64,000 bases of DNA from a virus. Positions 18,666-28,506 of the stretch are shown here, in pieces (position 1 is the stretch's first letter; each line of letters starts with the position of its first letter). The DNA lies in the IMG/VR virus record IMGVR_UViG_3300043444_000523, positions 1 through 64,000 of that record. One strand, 5' to 3'. The notes under the pieces were generated by a model, which saw only the letters and a list, made by a program, of their open reading frames with translations, was not told the DNA's origin and searched no databases. Position numbers and translations under genes: made by a program.

Positions 18666-20064
18666 CTGGGAATGGTGGGACTAACCGACGTGTACAGGCC
18701 AACATAGACCCAGGCGACCAAGGGATTGACTCATGCAAACCGCTTCCCAACAACAACACGCCGATCGCGCCGCTGCCGACAAGATGAGGCGGACGGCAAA
18801 ACGGGCCGCGAACAACGCTCGGTCGGTCGAGATTCAGTGCAGCAAGACTGCCGCGCACGCTGCCGCGCTTCGTGCTCGGAAAGCAACGGGTCGTTCATGA
18901 ACCGGATTAGAACAAGGTCAGTCATAATGGTATGACAGCAGAACATTGACATGGGTTCAAGGTGTAACAATGAAACCTATGCACCGCAACGTGATGAAGT
19001 TCCTGATATCCGATGAGGATGCCGCCGCCGATCCGATCATGGCAACGCCGTGCGAAAAATGCGGATCGGCACGTATTGCGGCCGAGGCCGCAGCATACGG
19101 GCACAAGTGCGAGAACTGCGTCCACAAGAGCCACAAGCACTGCGTCACGCATATACCGCCGAGGGTGAAGTAATGCTCTCACGCATGTACCGACGCTGGT
19201 GGTTCAGGCACTCGTTGGCAACGGCGCGAATGGAACGGGCGATACGCAGAGAGGAAAGCGAGCGGTTCCAGATACGTTGGCGAATGACGTTTCCAACATT
19301 ATCTCATATGGCAAGCTCAATTGATGCACTCGCCACAGCGCTTAGAAACTTTGTAGAAGTAATCCACAATGCATTCCCGTCAGAGGCAGTACAACAACTG
19401 GCAGAAACGCTTGAGCTACAAGCATGGGGTGAAGAATGACCGACCTACTCGCCGAAGTCACGGACCATGCTGTTGAGCCGCCACGACCGGACCTGTACGT
19501 TGTCGTAGCGTATTATCATCAGCTAGGTGTATGGGAAGTCACGTGCGACTCGTTTACCACACGCGAACAAGCGGAAGAGTACGCAACCAGGCACCCACGA
19601 GCTAAAGCATGGCTCTATCCGAAGATCGTCAGAATACCGGGGGTCGAATGAACTACATCTGCCACAAGTGCAAACTGCCGACGCCACCGGACGATATTGT
19701 CAACGGGCTGTGCAAACATTGTCAGCCGAAGGGTAGACGTTTTCCATCATCAAAGAAAGGATTCTTCAATCATGGGCACCGTAGGAATAGTTGATGACGA
19801 GCCGGAAGACGGATCGAGGCCTCACGGTCTTATGCGAGGGAAGGACATGGTTTCTGAGAATGAAGAAACGCCATTGAATCAAAAGAGTCTTGATGAAAGC
19901 CGAACCCACTCGTCGTGGGAACGGTAAAGACCGCTGCTGTGGTAGGAGTTCCGAAGCAGTGGGCTTTGCTCTCCCGGCTTGGTGTTGCATCGGCCCTCCT
20001 GTGCGACATCAGGCCGGGTTTTTGTTACAATGAGTAGGTGGTTTTGTTTTTCACAAAGGAGTGT

Positions 20065-20418
20065 ATGATGCGATTTGTTCTCTGCTTGATTGCGTTGATG
20101 GCCATTTGCGTATTTGCCAGTGCCAATGACAAATCGACAGTGGCAAAGGCACCGTCTGTTGCTGCTCCGTGCGGCCCAAACGGATGTCCGATCCGATCCC
20201 GGTCACTGACTCTGCATTTTGAGAGCCAAGGCGCATGGAATTTCGACGGCCATCGCGTGTCTGGGTTCTTCGGGCGAGTCCGTGCCGTTGCCCAGGCATT
20301 TGCGTTCAAGGCTGTTCATTTTGTATCTGCTGTGAAATGCAATGTCGCTGGCATGGTTGTGAATCGGCCACGGCTTGTTCACCGAGAACGCCACTTTGTT
20401 CTTGTCAGGCGTCGATAG
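20065..20418 (+). CDS. Exported hypothetical protein
   Basis: AAGGAG RBS, signal peptide, CGPNGCP motif. Confidence 0.6.
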   Translation: MMRFVLCLIALMAICVFASANDKSTVAKAPSVAAPCGPNGCPIRSRSLTLHFESQGAWNFDGHRVSGFFGRVRAVAQAFAFKAVHFVSAVKCNVAGMVVNRPRLVHRERHFVLVRRR

Positions 20419-20434
20419 ACTGTGTTCAACATCA

Positions 20435-20461
20435 GGGCGGGGAAACCCGCCCGCTTCTTTT
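20435..20461 (+). terminator. Intrinsic terminator
   Basis: GGGCGGG-GAAA-CCCGCCC followed by a T-rich tract. Confidence 0.6.
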
Positions 20462-20844
20462 GGTGGGACATGAAATTCATTTTGCTACGAAAACGATCTG
20501 TGATGACTGACGAAGGATGGAAGGCACTGGGGCAAAACGTCGAGGCCTTAGTGTGGGACAGGGAAATCGACGCACTTGCCTACATGGTCGATATGCCGCT
20601 TACAAAAAACAAGAAACGCGGTGTTCTTGGGGCAGTCATATCACCACTCATTACCAAAGGGGATTTGCAATGAAGCCTAATTGGGAAATGGTCGGAGACG
20701 TTGGAGCCTATCACTACTCCAAAGGCGAGCAGGACGGCTACCAGCAAGGGTTGGACAACAGCATGTCGTCTCTTGGGTCTGTGATTGGCACTGCCATCGT
20801 AGGGGCGTTGTGTGTTGTCGGACTTGCCGCCGTCTCGTCTTGGA

Positions 20845-21249
20845 TCAGCGGCGGATCAGCAGAAGAATTATCGTAGCAGCAAACGAAACTCCAACCAGCA
20901 GGCCGAATAAGATTCGCTGCTGGTTGCCAATTATCTCTCTCATCTTGTCTCTAGTCTCTTCAAGCACTCGACTTGTGAACAGTTCGCTTCTCATGTCGCT
21001 CAAGATCACGTCCATATTCACGTCATCGAACGATGATGCCGGGATGCCGATTCTGTCAAGCTCAGACACGGTTGCATTGTGAAAGATTTTGCAAGAGATC
21101 AGAACAATGTCTGGCCGCTTATCCCTTGCAAACTCTACTGCTTCTGGCCCGTTGTCAAAATAGCCGTCAACATGATGCCCAAGGTCGATGAGGCTTCTGA
21201 CAACCTGCGATCTTCGCTTTTCGTCTTTGTCGGCTACGACAACTCTCAT
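20845..21249 (-). CDS. Degenerate response-regulator receiver domain with a C-terminal TM helix
   Basis: MRVVVADKD...NGPEAVEFARDKRPDIVLIS; the expected phospho-acceptor Asp is Ser. Confidence 0.65.
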   Translation of the reverse strand: MRVVVADKDEKRRSQVVRSLIDLGHHVDGYFDNGPEAVEFARDKRPDIVLISCKIFHNATVSELDRIGIPASSFDDVNMDVILSDMRSELFTSRVLEETRDKMREIIGNQQRILFGLLVGVSFAATIILLLIRR

Positions 21250-21963
21250 CGGAGCCTCGCTAGTTTTGGCTTATCTGAATCGTCATCGATCTTTTTTTTG
21301 AATGGCATGTAGCCGTTAGTGATTTTCGTTTTTTTTCTAGGCTTCGACAATTCAGATATGATCTCAAACACCATGAGGATTGAGGCCATGATGGTGAATG
21401 AGACAAGAAAAAGCCTTATTGCAACCAAGGCGAATTCCAAGTTCATGGGGTCTCCTTACTTTGTCACGCCGTTCTTCTCAGCGGCAAGCGAAGAGCCCCA
21501 TGACCGCTCTCTCTTGGCCCGGACTTCACACAGAAGCGACTGTGCTCTTTCGTTGAGCTCGAAAGACCTCTTCTTGATTTCAGAAGCCTCACGAACCCAC
21601 TTCCTGAACTTGAAGGCGGCAAAAGCGCCAAAGATAATCACTAAAGCCGTGATAAAGCTAAGAATCTGGTCAACTGTTGTTACGGCCAGCATCTTTGATC
21701 GCCTTCCAATAAGAATGTATGTCGGTCAACTGAAGACGGATTTGGACCATTTCTTCAGATAGCTTTGATCCAAGCTGTTCAGTTCCATCGGCTGTTTCTT
21801 TATGCGCTTTTGCCAGCGCATCAATCGCACTTGTGTTATTAGCCTCTTTTTCCTTGAAGTGCTTCAAAAGCATCCAGTTGGCAGCAAGTGCGCCGAGGAT
21901 CACAGCACCTGCTACACCGGCGTTTGCTATTTTGGCAACAATGCCGATCATTGTTTCGTCCAT
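21246..21963 (-). other. Cluster of three small membrane proteins (21246..21446, 21456..21692, 21670..21963)
   Basis: Each ORF has one N-terminal hydrophobic helix; located at the distal end of the late operon. Confidence 0.55.
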
Positions 21964-22108
21964 CGCTACTCGCATGGCGTTTGTGCAGGTTCGTACAGGT
22001 AACTCCCAGGCGCAGACGGTATTGCGCACATTTTCCCAACTGGGCAGGCGTGAGGATGCGCAGGGTCTTCGGACCATTGCTCTCCATCCCAGAACCAATG
22101 GCAGCTGT

Positions 22109-22588
22109 TCACTTCTTCTCCTTTAGCCTTTTGACATGGACGGTGCAAGCAACGTCTCCTCCGCGATGGCCAGAAACAAACTCTCCCATAGCACCGTCAA
22201 TGTCCCCGCGTTTCTTGAGGATCAGGCCACGGATCAAATGAGCCCGATTCCGTGCCTCTCGGCTTCCATTCAGACTCTTTTGAGTGTAGTAGAAAGCGCC
22301 ATCGTCGTCGCCAAGATACATGCAGCACTCGGCAGAGTCCAAATCGAGATTGTTCGCCTTAAAGATTCTCAAGGCTTCGTGATACTCACGATTGGACATA
22401 TGCAAGTTGGCACGGGCAACTTCAGACATTTCGACCTTTGACATTTTGCTAACCAGTGGAAGGACTGCGACAAACGATAAAAGGCCAGCAGCCACGATGG
22501 CAACCGGCCTCTGCCTCAACGCAATGCCGAGCAAGACGGCGGCAAGTGCGATTCCTGCAATGATGATGGCGTGCTGCACGTTAAACAC
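22109..22588 (-). CDS. Membrane protein with TPR-like repeats
   Basis: Two TM segments, then AHLIRGLILKKRGDIDGAMGEF (TPR-like). Confidence 0.55.
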   Translation of the reverse strand: MFNVQHAIIIAGIALAAVLLGIALRQRPVAIVAAGLLSFVAVLPLVSKMSKVEMSEVARANLHMSNREYHEALRIFKANNLDLDSAECCMYLGDDDGAFYYTQKSLNGSREARNRAHLIRGLILKKRGDIDGAMGEFVSGHRGGDVACTVHVKRLKEKK

Positions 22589-22718
22589 TCGCCTCGATTG
22601 ATCGAGTCAACATCAGACATAGGTCTCTTGCATGTCTTGCACTTCGGCTTGTGAACGCAATCACAAGGCCAAGTTCTGAAACAGTACAAGCATACCGTAG
22701 GCGACGGGTCATTCATAA

Positions 22719-22790
22719 TCGCAGAGATGGGAATCGAACCCATTACCTGCTGGTTATGAGCCAGCCGAGATGCCAATTCTCTACTCTGCT
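22719..22790 (-). tRNA. tRNA-Met(CAT), initiator-like, no encoded CCA
   Basis: Cloverleaf: acceptor AGCAGAG/CTCTGCG with 1:72 mismatch, D-stem GAGA/TCTC (A11-U24), anticodon arm GCTGG-CTCATAA-CCAGC, T-arm ATGGG-TTCGATT-CCCAT. Confidence 0.92.
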
Positions 22791-22869
22791 ACAGGCTTCA
22801 GGCTGCTGCCTTCTTTTGTACTGCTCAACAGCCACACGTCGGCGGTTCAAGACGACGGAAGCCTACCAT

Positions 22870-22877
22870 TTATAGGG
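22870..22877 (-). promoter_or_regulatory. CCCTATAA late-promoter motif upstream of the tRNA precursor
   Basis: Same motif as at 27286, 47271 and 52465. Confidence 0.6.
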
Positions 22878-22910
22878 AGAAGAAACCGGATTACTCTAAG
22901 AGAGGTAGGA

Positions 22911-23258
22911 CTAAGACTTGAATGGCCCAACGTGCGGATAGCTTGGCTTAACGTGATCGTTCATGAACTTGCCTTTGCTGCTTGCTGCCAGCATTTTCTT
23001 GTACACTTCAAACGGAGCCGATGGATACCAGTAAATCGACTGGTTTCCAGTGGCCTTCCCGTCTTTCCCTTTGGAAACGAACCAAACTCCAAGCCCGTGC
23101 TTGGTCTTGTCTTCTTCTTCGGACTTCCAGCAAATGTAGCCGACGTTTGAAGACGACACCGGCGTCCAGTTCGACGCCTGCTGAATCTCTTGCGCCTTGA
23201 ACTTGGTGATCGGCTTGTCGCGGACCAATCTGCCGTTGCGAAAGAACGGTCTGGCCAT
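22911..23258 (-). CDS. KTSC domain protein
   Basis: PVSSSNV..I.W...L.VWF...Y.Y...P.EVY..ML.ASSKGKF.N..VK..Y. Confidence 0.85.
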   Translation of the reverse strand: MARPFFRNGRLVRDKPITKFKAQEIQQASNWTPVSSSNVGYICWKSEEEDKTKHGLGVWFVSKGKDGKATGNQSIYWYPSAPFEVYKKMLAASSKGKFMNDHVKPSYPHVGPFKS

Positions 23259-23710
23259 TAACGAACACTCCTGACGTAGAACGAATAATCGCCGTAGGTG
23301 ACGGTCGTTGAGCCGTCTGTCACCTTCCAGTATCGACGCCAAGTGCCGGATGTGTCAAGGTCGCTGGCCGAGGTCGTGAATCCCCAAATGTAAGTCGAAA
23401 TACTGGTTGCTGTTTTGGGAATCACAGTCCCGTCTGGCTTGACGAGATACAGAGTGGCCGCAGTCAGAACCCAAGCGACTCCGCCTTTGGTAGTGTTCAC
23501 GGCCCGAAATCTCTTGATGTCGCCAGTGAAGTAAACTCTGGTGTCTTGGATCATTCTCGCACTCGATTCCGTGTCGCCGACATTGAACGTGTCGTCGATG
23601 TCGTAGTCAAAGTCGAACGTGTCGTCAATGACTGGAATATTATCCGCCTCTTCGATGTCCCACGAAGAGCCCCAACTGCTGCCCCAAGAACTTCCCCATG
23701 TTGACGGAAT
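23258..23710 (-). CDS. Virion protein with WGSS repeats and an Ig/BppU-like domain; probable ATT start at 23710
   Basis: The frame of ORF 23258..23554 stays open upstream through PSTWGSSWGSSWGSSW; GGAG lies 7 nt before ATT. Confidence 0.55.
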   Translation of the reverse strand: MPSTWGSSWGSSWGSSWDIEEADNIPVIDDTFDFDYDIDDTFNVGDTESSARMIQDTRVYFTGDIKRFRAVNTTKGGVAWVLTAATLYLVKPDGTVIPKTATSISTYIWGFTTSASDLDTSGTWRRYWKVTDGSTTVTYGDYSFYVRSVR

Positions 23711-23723
23711 GACCGAACTCCAT

Positions 23724-23746
23724 AATAGGCGCGAATTGCGACGATT
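23724..23746. promoter_or_regulatory. 23-bp palindromic site, copy 5 (degenerate)
   Basis: AATAGGCGCGAATTGCGACGATT, just downstream of a minus-strand TATAAT. Confidence 0.65.
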
Positions 23747-23764
23747 ATCTTATTATACCTTGTA

Positions 23765-26524
23765 TTACGGCCCCCACGTACTGCCTGACTGGCCGTTTCC
23801 GGTGATCAAAACGTCGTTGACCCTCTGGACGTTACAATCGAGATTTGCAGCCACAGTGAACGTCAGGCTATCAGTCTTGGCCTTGATTGCCACGATGCTC
23901 GCATTGGCCGTCAAAGCGTCGTCGCACTCACTCTGGACCTCTGTGTCCCAGTTCGTGTTCCAAGCTATCGAGTTGGATGTCACGGTCATGGTATTGACCT
24001 GGAATGTGGCCGCTGTTCCGCCATGCGTCACATTGGCCAAGTAAACGCTCAGGTTGCCACTGGACAGCGTGTTTGGCGTCGTCCCTAGCCATGAGCCCAA
24101 ATCGACGCGATTGAACGGCAGGACGGCAAATGTGCTCGACGAATCGGGGTTTGTGGCCCAGTTCGGCTCAACCGTCGCAACCTTGGTCGATCCAACGTAG
24201 TCGCTGACCCTTCGGCACTGTCCAACGCCGGTCCCGCCAGTGATGTAGACCCAGCAGTCGTTGTAGAAGTCATCGACCGCACTTGCCGACGCATCCAGGG
24301 TGATGTTCCCTGCTGCCCCGGTTTGTGCCGTGCTGCTTCGGATCGTTTGCATTCCGGTGTCGGCTGCAAACGTGGCCCGATCAATGGCCCCGTCTGCGAT
24401 AGAAGACGCTGTGATGACGCCGGTTCCAAGCGAGCCAATGTACGAGTCCATTCGGCCAGACACAAGAGAGGCAGGCAACCGGCTCTGAATGTCCTGAGTA
24501 TCGGTCTCGATGTCGGTCTGCTTGTCCCTTACGGCCTCCAAGCTGTCTGTGGTGTTGTCGTAGCTTGAGTACGCCGGAGTTGCAGACTTGCTGTGCAACT
24601 TGGCCCACAGAGACGAATTGGCCACGATAGAGCCAGGATCAGCCACTTGAACCAAGTGGTCAAGTTGATTGACCTCGATGGCGTCCTGAACTTCGGACTG
24701 AACTTCGGCGTCCCACGATGCGTTCCACGGCACAGTCGTGAGGGCCGCGCCAGTCGTGCCGATGTTGTCCCGATTGGCCTCAAGGGAATCCGTAGTGTTG
24801 ACGTAACTGCTCCAATCGGCGGTTGCACTCTTGGACGCCAACTTAGCAATGATCGAGTTGTCAACTACATCGTCTGCATCGGCCACGGCAACTAGATGGT
24901 CGAGCTTTTGGGCCACAAGAGCATCATTCACTTCGGACTCGACTTCTGCCTTGGCCGAAGTGGTAAATCCGCCGATTGTGCCAGACAGATTGCCGGTGAT
25001 GTTTCCGGTGATTGATCCGGTTATATCTCCACGGATAGGAACCCCCCCAGTTCCTGCAACAGCCTTGATACCGTCGCACGTTCCTGATGTTCCGCCAGTT
25101 GCAAGAAGACCGTGCTTGCTTGAGCCAGCAGATATAAGGTTAAGCCCATTACCAGACGTAGTTGCCTCGCATTTCAAAGCATCATTACTTGTGCTCAGTA
25201 CATATATCCCTGTCCCTGTCCCATTTATCCCGCTTTGGAACAATGCCCCATATGTACCTGATCCAGAACCACTGCCACCAGATACTGATAATCCAGACCC
25301 ATTATCCGATCCAACTATTCTAATTCCATCAGAAGCTCCTGTTCCAGCAGAGCCTATATCTAAGCCAACAGAACTGGCCCCAGACCCGCTTGTGATTCTA
25401 AATCCACATCCTGATCCGTTGCCCGTAGACAACATTCCATGACCGTTACCTCCACTGCTCGAACACGTAAACCCTGTCCCACTCGCATTCGTATACGTTG
25501 CCCCGCCACTAACCGTGAATGCACCAGTGATCGTCAGAGAATGCAGCGTGGCCAATCCGCTCGACAGAATGTTGTTGAAGTCCAATCCGGCCTCGCCGGT
25601 TGCTGCCACATCCAGCGTCCTGTTCATGACGGTCGGCTTCAAGGCGCGATCGGCGATGATCGTCACAATGTCCGTTGTGGCCATCGTGAACACTGCCGGA
25701 TCAGTGCGAAGCGTGATGGTCTTGGTTGAGCCGGTGTAGTCGTCAACAACGCCCACAGCCTTCTGCGCGGCCGTGCTCGCATCCTCAATCACGATGATGC
25801 AGTCGTTGTACGCATCATTGTCCGATGAGCCTGCTGTGAGAGTAAACGAAGTCTGGCTTGCCAAGGTTGCAATCGTCGTGCGCTGCAACACTTGGCCGTA
25901 CCCTGTGCCGTCGTATTGCTTCTCAAGATTATCAGCCGCCGCTGTGTCGCCTGAGATAGCAGTGGCATCAGAATCCATCTTGCCACTGACCAGAGCGGCT
26001 GGCAATCTGGATTGAATATCTTGGGTATCAGTCTCAACATCAGTCGCAGTCTTGACTGTGGTTCCGCTCAGAGTAACCGTCGTTGACGGGCTTCCAACAT
26101 TTGCCCAATCAACACCCGCTTCGCCTCCAGACGAAACATCCAGTTTTCGGCCAGCAGTCGTTGGTCTCAGAAGATTTCCAAGCACCAGATAGTAAGTAAA
26201 TCGGACAGTTTGGCTGTCCACGGTGATCGCGTTGATGTTCACCCAATACTGAGAGCCATCGGCCCAAAAACTGGCATCCGAGTTGTCCGAAGTGTCGATG
26301 CTGAATCCGTGAAGACCAGTCGTGGCATCAAAGTCAATGCCGTCTGTGTCTAGGAGCGTATATCCGTTGTCGCTGGCTCTCTGTGTCGTTGAGCCGTTTT
26401 TGTATACTTCAATGTCGGTGACTGCCAAGCCGGTGATCGTGACCGACCCACCGGAGCTGTCATATGTGTCAAACGGGAAATAGATCGTGTCGCCTGAGTT
26501 GAAACAGGCTGGCATGACAAACAT
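23765..26524 (-). CDS. Large virion structural/tail-associated protein (919 aa) with internal repeats and a Gly-rich beta-helix segment
   Basis: Duplicated D[V/I]ETDTQDIQSRLPA.LVSG.MDS, LDVxxxGEAG and WD.EVQSE motifs; position in the tail module. Confidence 0.7.
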   Translation of the reverse strand: MFVMPACFNSGDTIYFPFDTYDSSGGSVTITGLAVTDIEVYKNGSTTQRASDNGYTLLDTDGIDFDATTGLHGFSIDTSDNSDASFWADGSQYWVNINAITVDSQTVRFTYYLVLGNLLRPTTAGRKLDVSSGGEAGVDWANVGSPSTTVTLSGTTVKTATDVETDTQDIQSRLPAALVSGKMDSDATAISGDTAAADNLEKQYDGTGYGQVLQRTTIATLASQTSFTLTAGSSDNDAYNDCIIVIEDASTAAQKAVGVVDDYTGSTKTITLRTDPAVFTMATTDIVTIIADRALKPTVMNRTLDVAATGEAGLDFNNILSSGLATLHSLTITGAFTVSGGATYTNASGTGFTCSSSGGNGHGMLSTGNGSGCGFRITSGSGASSVGLDIGSAGTGASDGIRIVGSDNGSGLSVSGGSGSGSGTYGALFQSGINGTGTGIYVLSTSNDALKCEATTSGNGLNLISAGSSKHGLLATGGTSGTCDGIKAVAGTGGVPIRGDITGSITGNITGNLSGTIGGFTTSAKAEVESEVNDALVAQKLDHLVAVADADDVVDNSIIAKLASKSATADWSSYVNTTDSLEANRDNIGTTGAALTTVPWNASWDAEVQSEVQDAIEVNQLDHLVQVADPGSIVANSSLWAKLHSKSATPAYSSYDNTTDSLEAVRDKQTDIETDTQDIQSRLPASLVSGRMDSYIGSLGTGVITASSIADGAIDRATFAADTGMQTIRSSTAQTGAAGNITLDASASAVDDFYNDCWVYITGGTGVGQCRRVSDYVGSTKVATVEPNWATNPDSSSTFAVLPFNRVDLGSWLGTTPNTLSSGNLSVYLANVTHGGTAATFQVNTMTVTSNSIAWNTNWDTEVQSECDDALTANASIVAIKAKTDSLTFTVAANLDCNVQRVNDVLITGNGQSGSTWGP

Positions 26525-26535
26525 CTTTCATGCTC

Positions 26536-26727
26536 CTACTTCTGAAGCTCGGCAATCAACTTGCCTTGCTCGTAAAGTTTCTCATCACGCATCTTGGCAT
26601 CTTGTCGAGCCTGAAGGTATCTGGCCGCAAGATCATCACGATCCACAGATTTCAGAAGCTCAAGGTTCTTAGACTTGTTAGCTTTCAGTTCCGCAAACGT
26701 CTGATTCTCGATTTCGCCCCAGTTCAT
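26536..26727 (-). CDS. Hypothetical protein
   Basis: GAGG RBS, co-directional. Confidence 0.5.
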   Translation of the reverse strand: MNWGEIENQTFAELKANKSKNLELLKSVDRDDLAARYLQARQDAKMRDEKLYEQGKLIAELQK

Positions 26728-26734
26728 GTCTGCC

Positions 26735-27280
26735 TCACAGTTTTCCAGAGAGTTTGCCAGCAAGTTTTCCAAGCAACTTTGGGACTCCGCCAGCCGTGTA
26801 GTACACCGTCATCTGAACGTAATCCACTTTGGCCAGAAACGCCATCGAGTCGTAAAACGCCCCGTATCCGACCTTGACTCCGTTGATCGTCGCGCCAGCC
26901 GGTATCGCGCTGAAGTCAAAGTTCGTTGCCTTCAGATACTCAGAGGCATTCAGAGCGCCGTCCCAAACGGCCAAGACACACCCGAAATCGCTTGACTTCA
27001 CCTGTGCCGCAGTCGGCGTCAATCCCCAAAGAACCGCTGCTCCACCGTAATCAAGCAACGTCTCGCTTCCAGGAAGAGTTGCCGCATTGTCGGCCACTCT
27101 GTTGTCGCCAGAAACAGACCCGCCAACAACCAGCTTAACCACTTCCACGTCCGTAAGCAGAGACACCGTGGCATAGGTGTCGTTGTTCGACGCCGCATTT
27201 GAAGCATCAGTCCACGCCGCAGAGCCGTGGCTGTTGTCGCTCGCAAGAGTTCCAGGTGCTACTGCTCCGGTGTCGGCCAT
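26735..27280 (-). CDS. Putative minor virion protein
   Basis: Beta-rich; preceded by CCCTATAA-N5-ATG. Confidence 0.65.
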   Translation of the reverse strand: MADTGAVAPGTLASDNSHGSAAWTDASNAASNNDTYATVSLLTDVEVVKLVVGGSVSGDNRVADNAATLPGSETLLDYGGAAVLWGLTPTAAQVKSSDFGCVLAVWDGALNASEYLKATNFDFSAIPAGATINGVKVGYGAFYDSMAFLAKVDYVQMTVYYTAGGVPKLLGKLAGKLSGKL

Positions 27281-27285
27281 ACTAC

Positions 27286-27293
27286 TTATAGGG
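27286..27293 (-). promoter_or_regulatory. CCCTATAA late-promoter motif, 5 nt before ATG
   Basis: CCCTATAA-GTAGT-ATG. Confidence 0.65.
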
Positions 27294-27323
27294 TCGATGC
27301 CGGATTTTTACGTCAGAACGGTA

Positions 27324-28505
27324 CTACGGTATGATCCGATACTTGATCCACGATCCGGCCATCACCCTAACAGCTGTTCCGCTTGTCTCACTCGCCAACT
27401 GAATCCGCGTCAATCCGCTCGGTGACGCCCCGGCAATCACCGTCGCCATCACCGCAACCGGCCAACTCTGCGTCGTATTAGGAATCCCGCCGACTGCTGC
27501 CAGCAGAGATGCTGCAATGTTCCCGCGCGTTGTCAATTGCGATGTCGCAGTCTGAGCCGTGTCAATCGTCGCAACGCCGTCAGATAAGCCCGTTGACCAT
27601 GCGAGCCCCACTCGCGGATTCACTGTCGCCGTTGCCGTGCGAATCATAAGCGTGCCTTCGACTTCGTACCGCGAGTTCGCGGCAGGCGTGAACCCAAGGG
27701 CCGCACCGCCAGGGGCGACAAGCACATCACCTGCCGCCGTTGCCGTAGTCGAGTGGTCGGACGTGACTCGCACATACGTCCACGGGTCGGAACCCGCCGC
27801 TGGAAGCTGAGCAGACGGAACCTTGCCGTCTGCGCCGAGGCTTGCGTATCCGTTGGCCGCACCCTTCTGCGACGTTTCTTGCTTTGCTGAAAGAGCCGTC
27901 ACAAGGCCGGTTACATCAGATTGAGCATGAGAGTGGGACGAGGACGCTTTGCCGTCAAGTGACGTTTGCAATCCGGTCACATCGCCAATGGCGTGCCCAT
28001 GAGCCGTAGGAGTCCTGGCGTCCGAAAGCCTTGAGTCATTATCGACAACTGCTGTTCCAGTGATGTCGCTTGGGGAATGAGCATGGGCGGTTGGGGGGCG
28101 TGCGTCTGAAAGCCTTGAATCATTCTCAACTACCGCAGTCCCAGTGATTTCACTTGGAGGATGGGTGTGTGATGAAGGATTGAATGATGAAGGGACTCCA
28201 GCAAGACTGGAATACTGCCCATCGAATGCTTGACCGGCACTGGACGCAGCCCCAATTGCATTCCTCGCAGCCTCAAGACATGCACTCTGCTCTGATGTTG
28301 CAGCCGATGCAAGACCAGACCTCCAAGCAACTGCTCCCGAAGTGTCATCCCATGATGTCCCGTTCCAGTGTTTCAGGTATGTATTCACCGGGTCATATGA
28401 CGGCAGCGTTATCCACTCTGCGCCAGAGAACAACTCTGGATGAGACGTTTTCACAATCTCAACACAGATGTCCGACCCGTCAAGTCTTGCTTTGACAACT
28501 GGCAT
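27324..28505 (-). CDS. Tail fibre protein with HxH fibre repeats
   Basis: HTHPPSEITG, HAHSPSDITG, HGHAIGDVTGL, HSHAQSDVTGL; KGAANGYASL..DGKVP. Confidence 0.8.
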   Translation of the reverse strand: MPVVKARLDGSDICVEIVKTSHPELFSGAEWITLPSYDPVNTYLKHWNGTSWDDTSGAVAWRSGLASAATSEQSACLEAARNAIGAASSAGQAFDGQYSSLAGVPSSFNPSSHTHPPSEITGTAVVENDSRLSDARPPTAHAHSPSDITGTAVVDNDSRLSDARTPTAHGHAIGDVTGLQTSLDGKASSSHSHAQSDVTGLVTALSAKQETSQKGAANGYASLGADGKVPSAQLPAAGSDPWTYVRVTSDHSTTATAAGDVLVAPGGAALGFTPAANSRYEVEGTLMIRTATATVNPRVGLAWSTGLSDGVATIDTAQTATSQLTTRGNIAASLLAAVGGIPNTTQSWPVAVMATVIAGASPSGLTRIQLASETSGTAVRVMAGSWIKYRIIP

Positions 28506-28506
28506 G

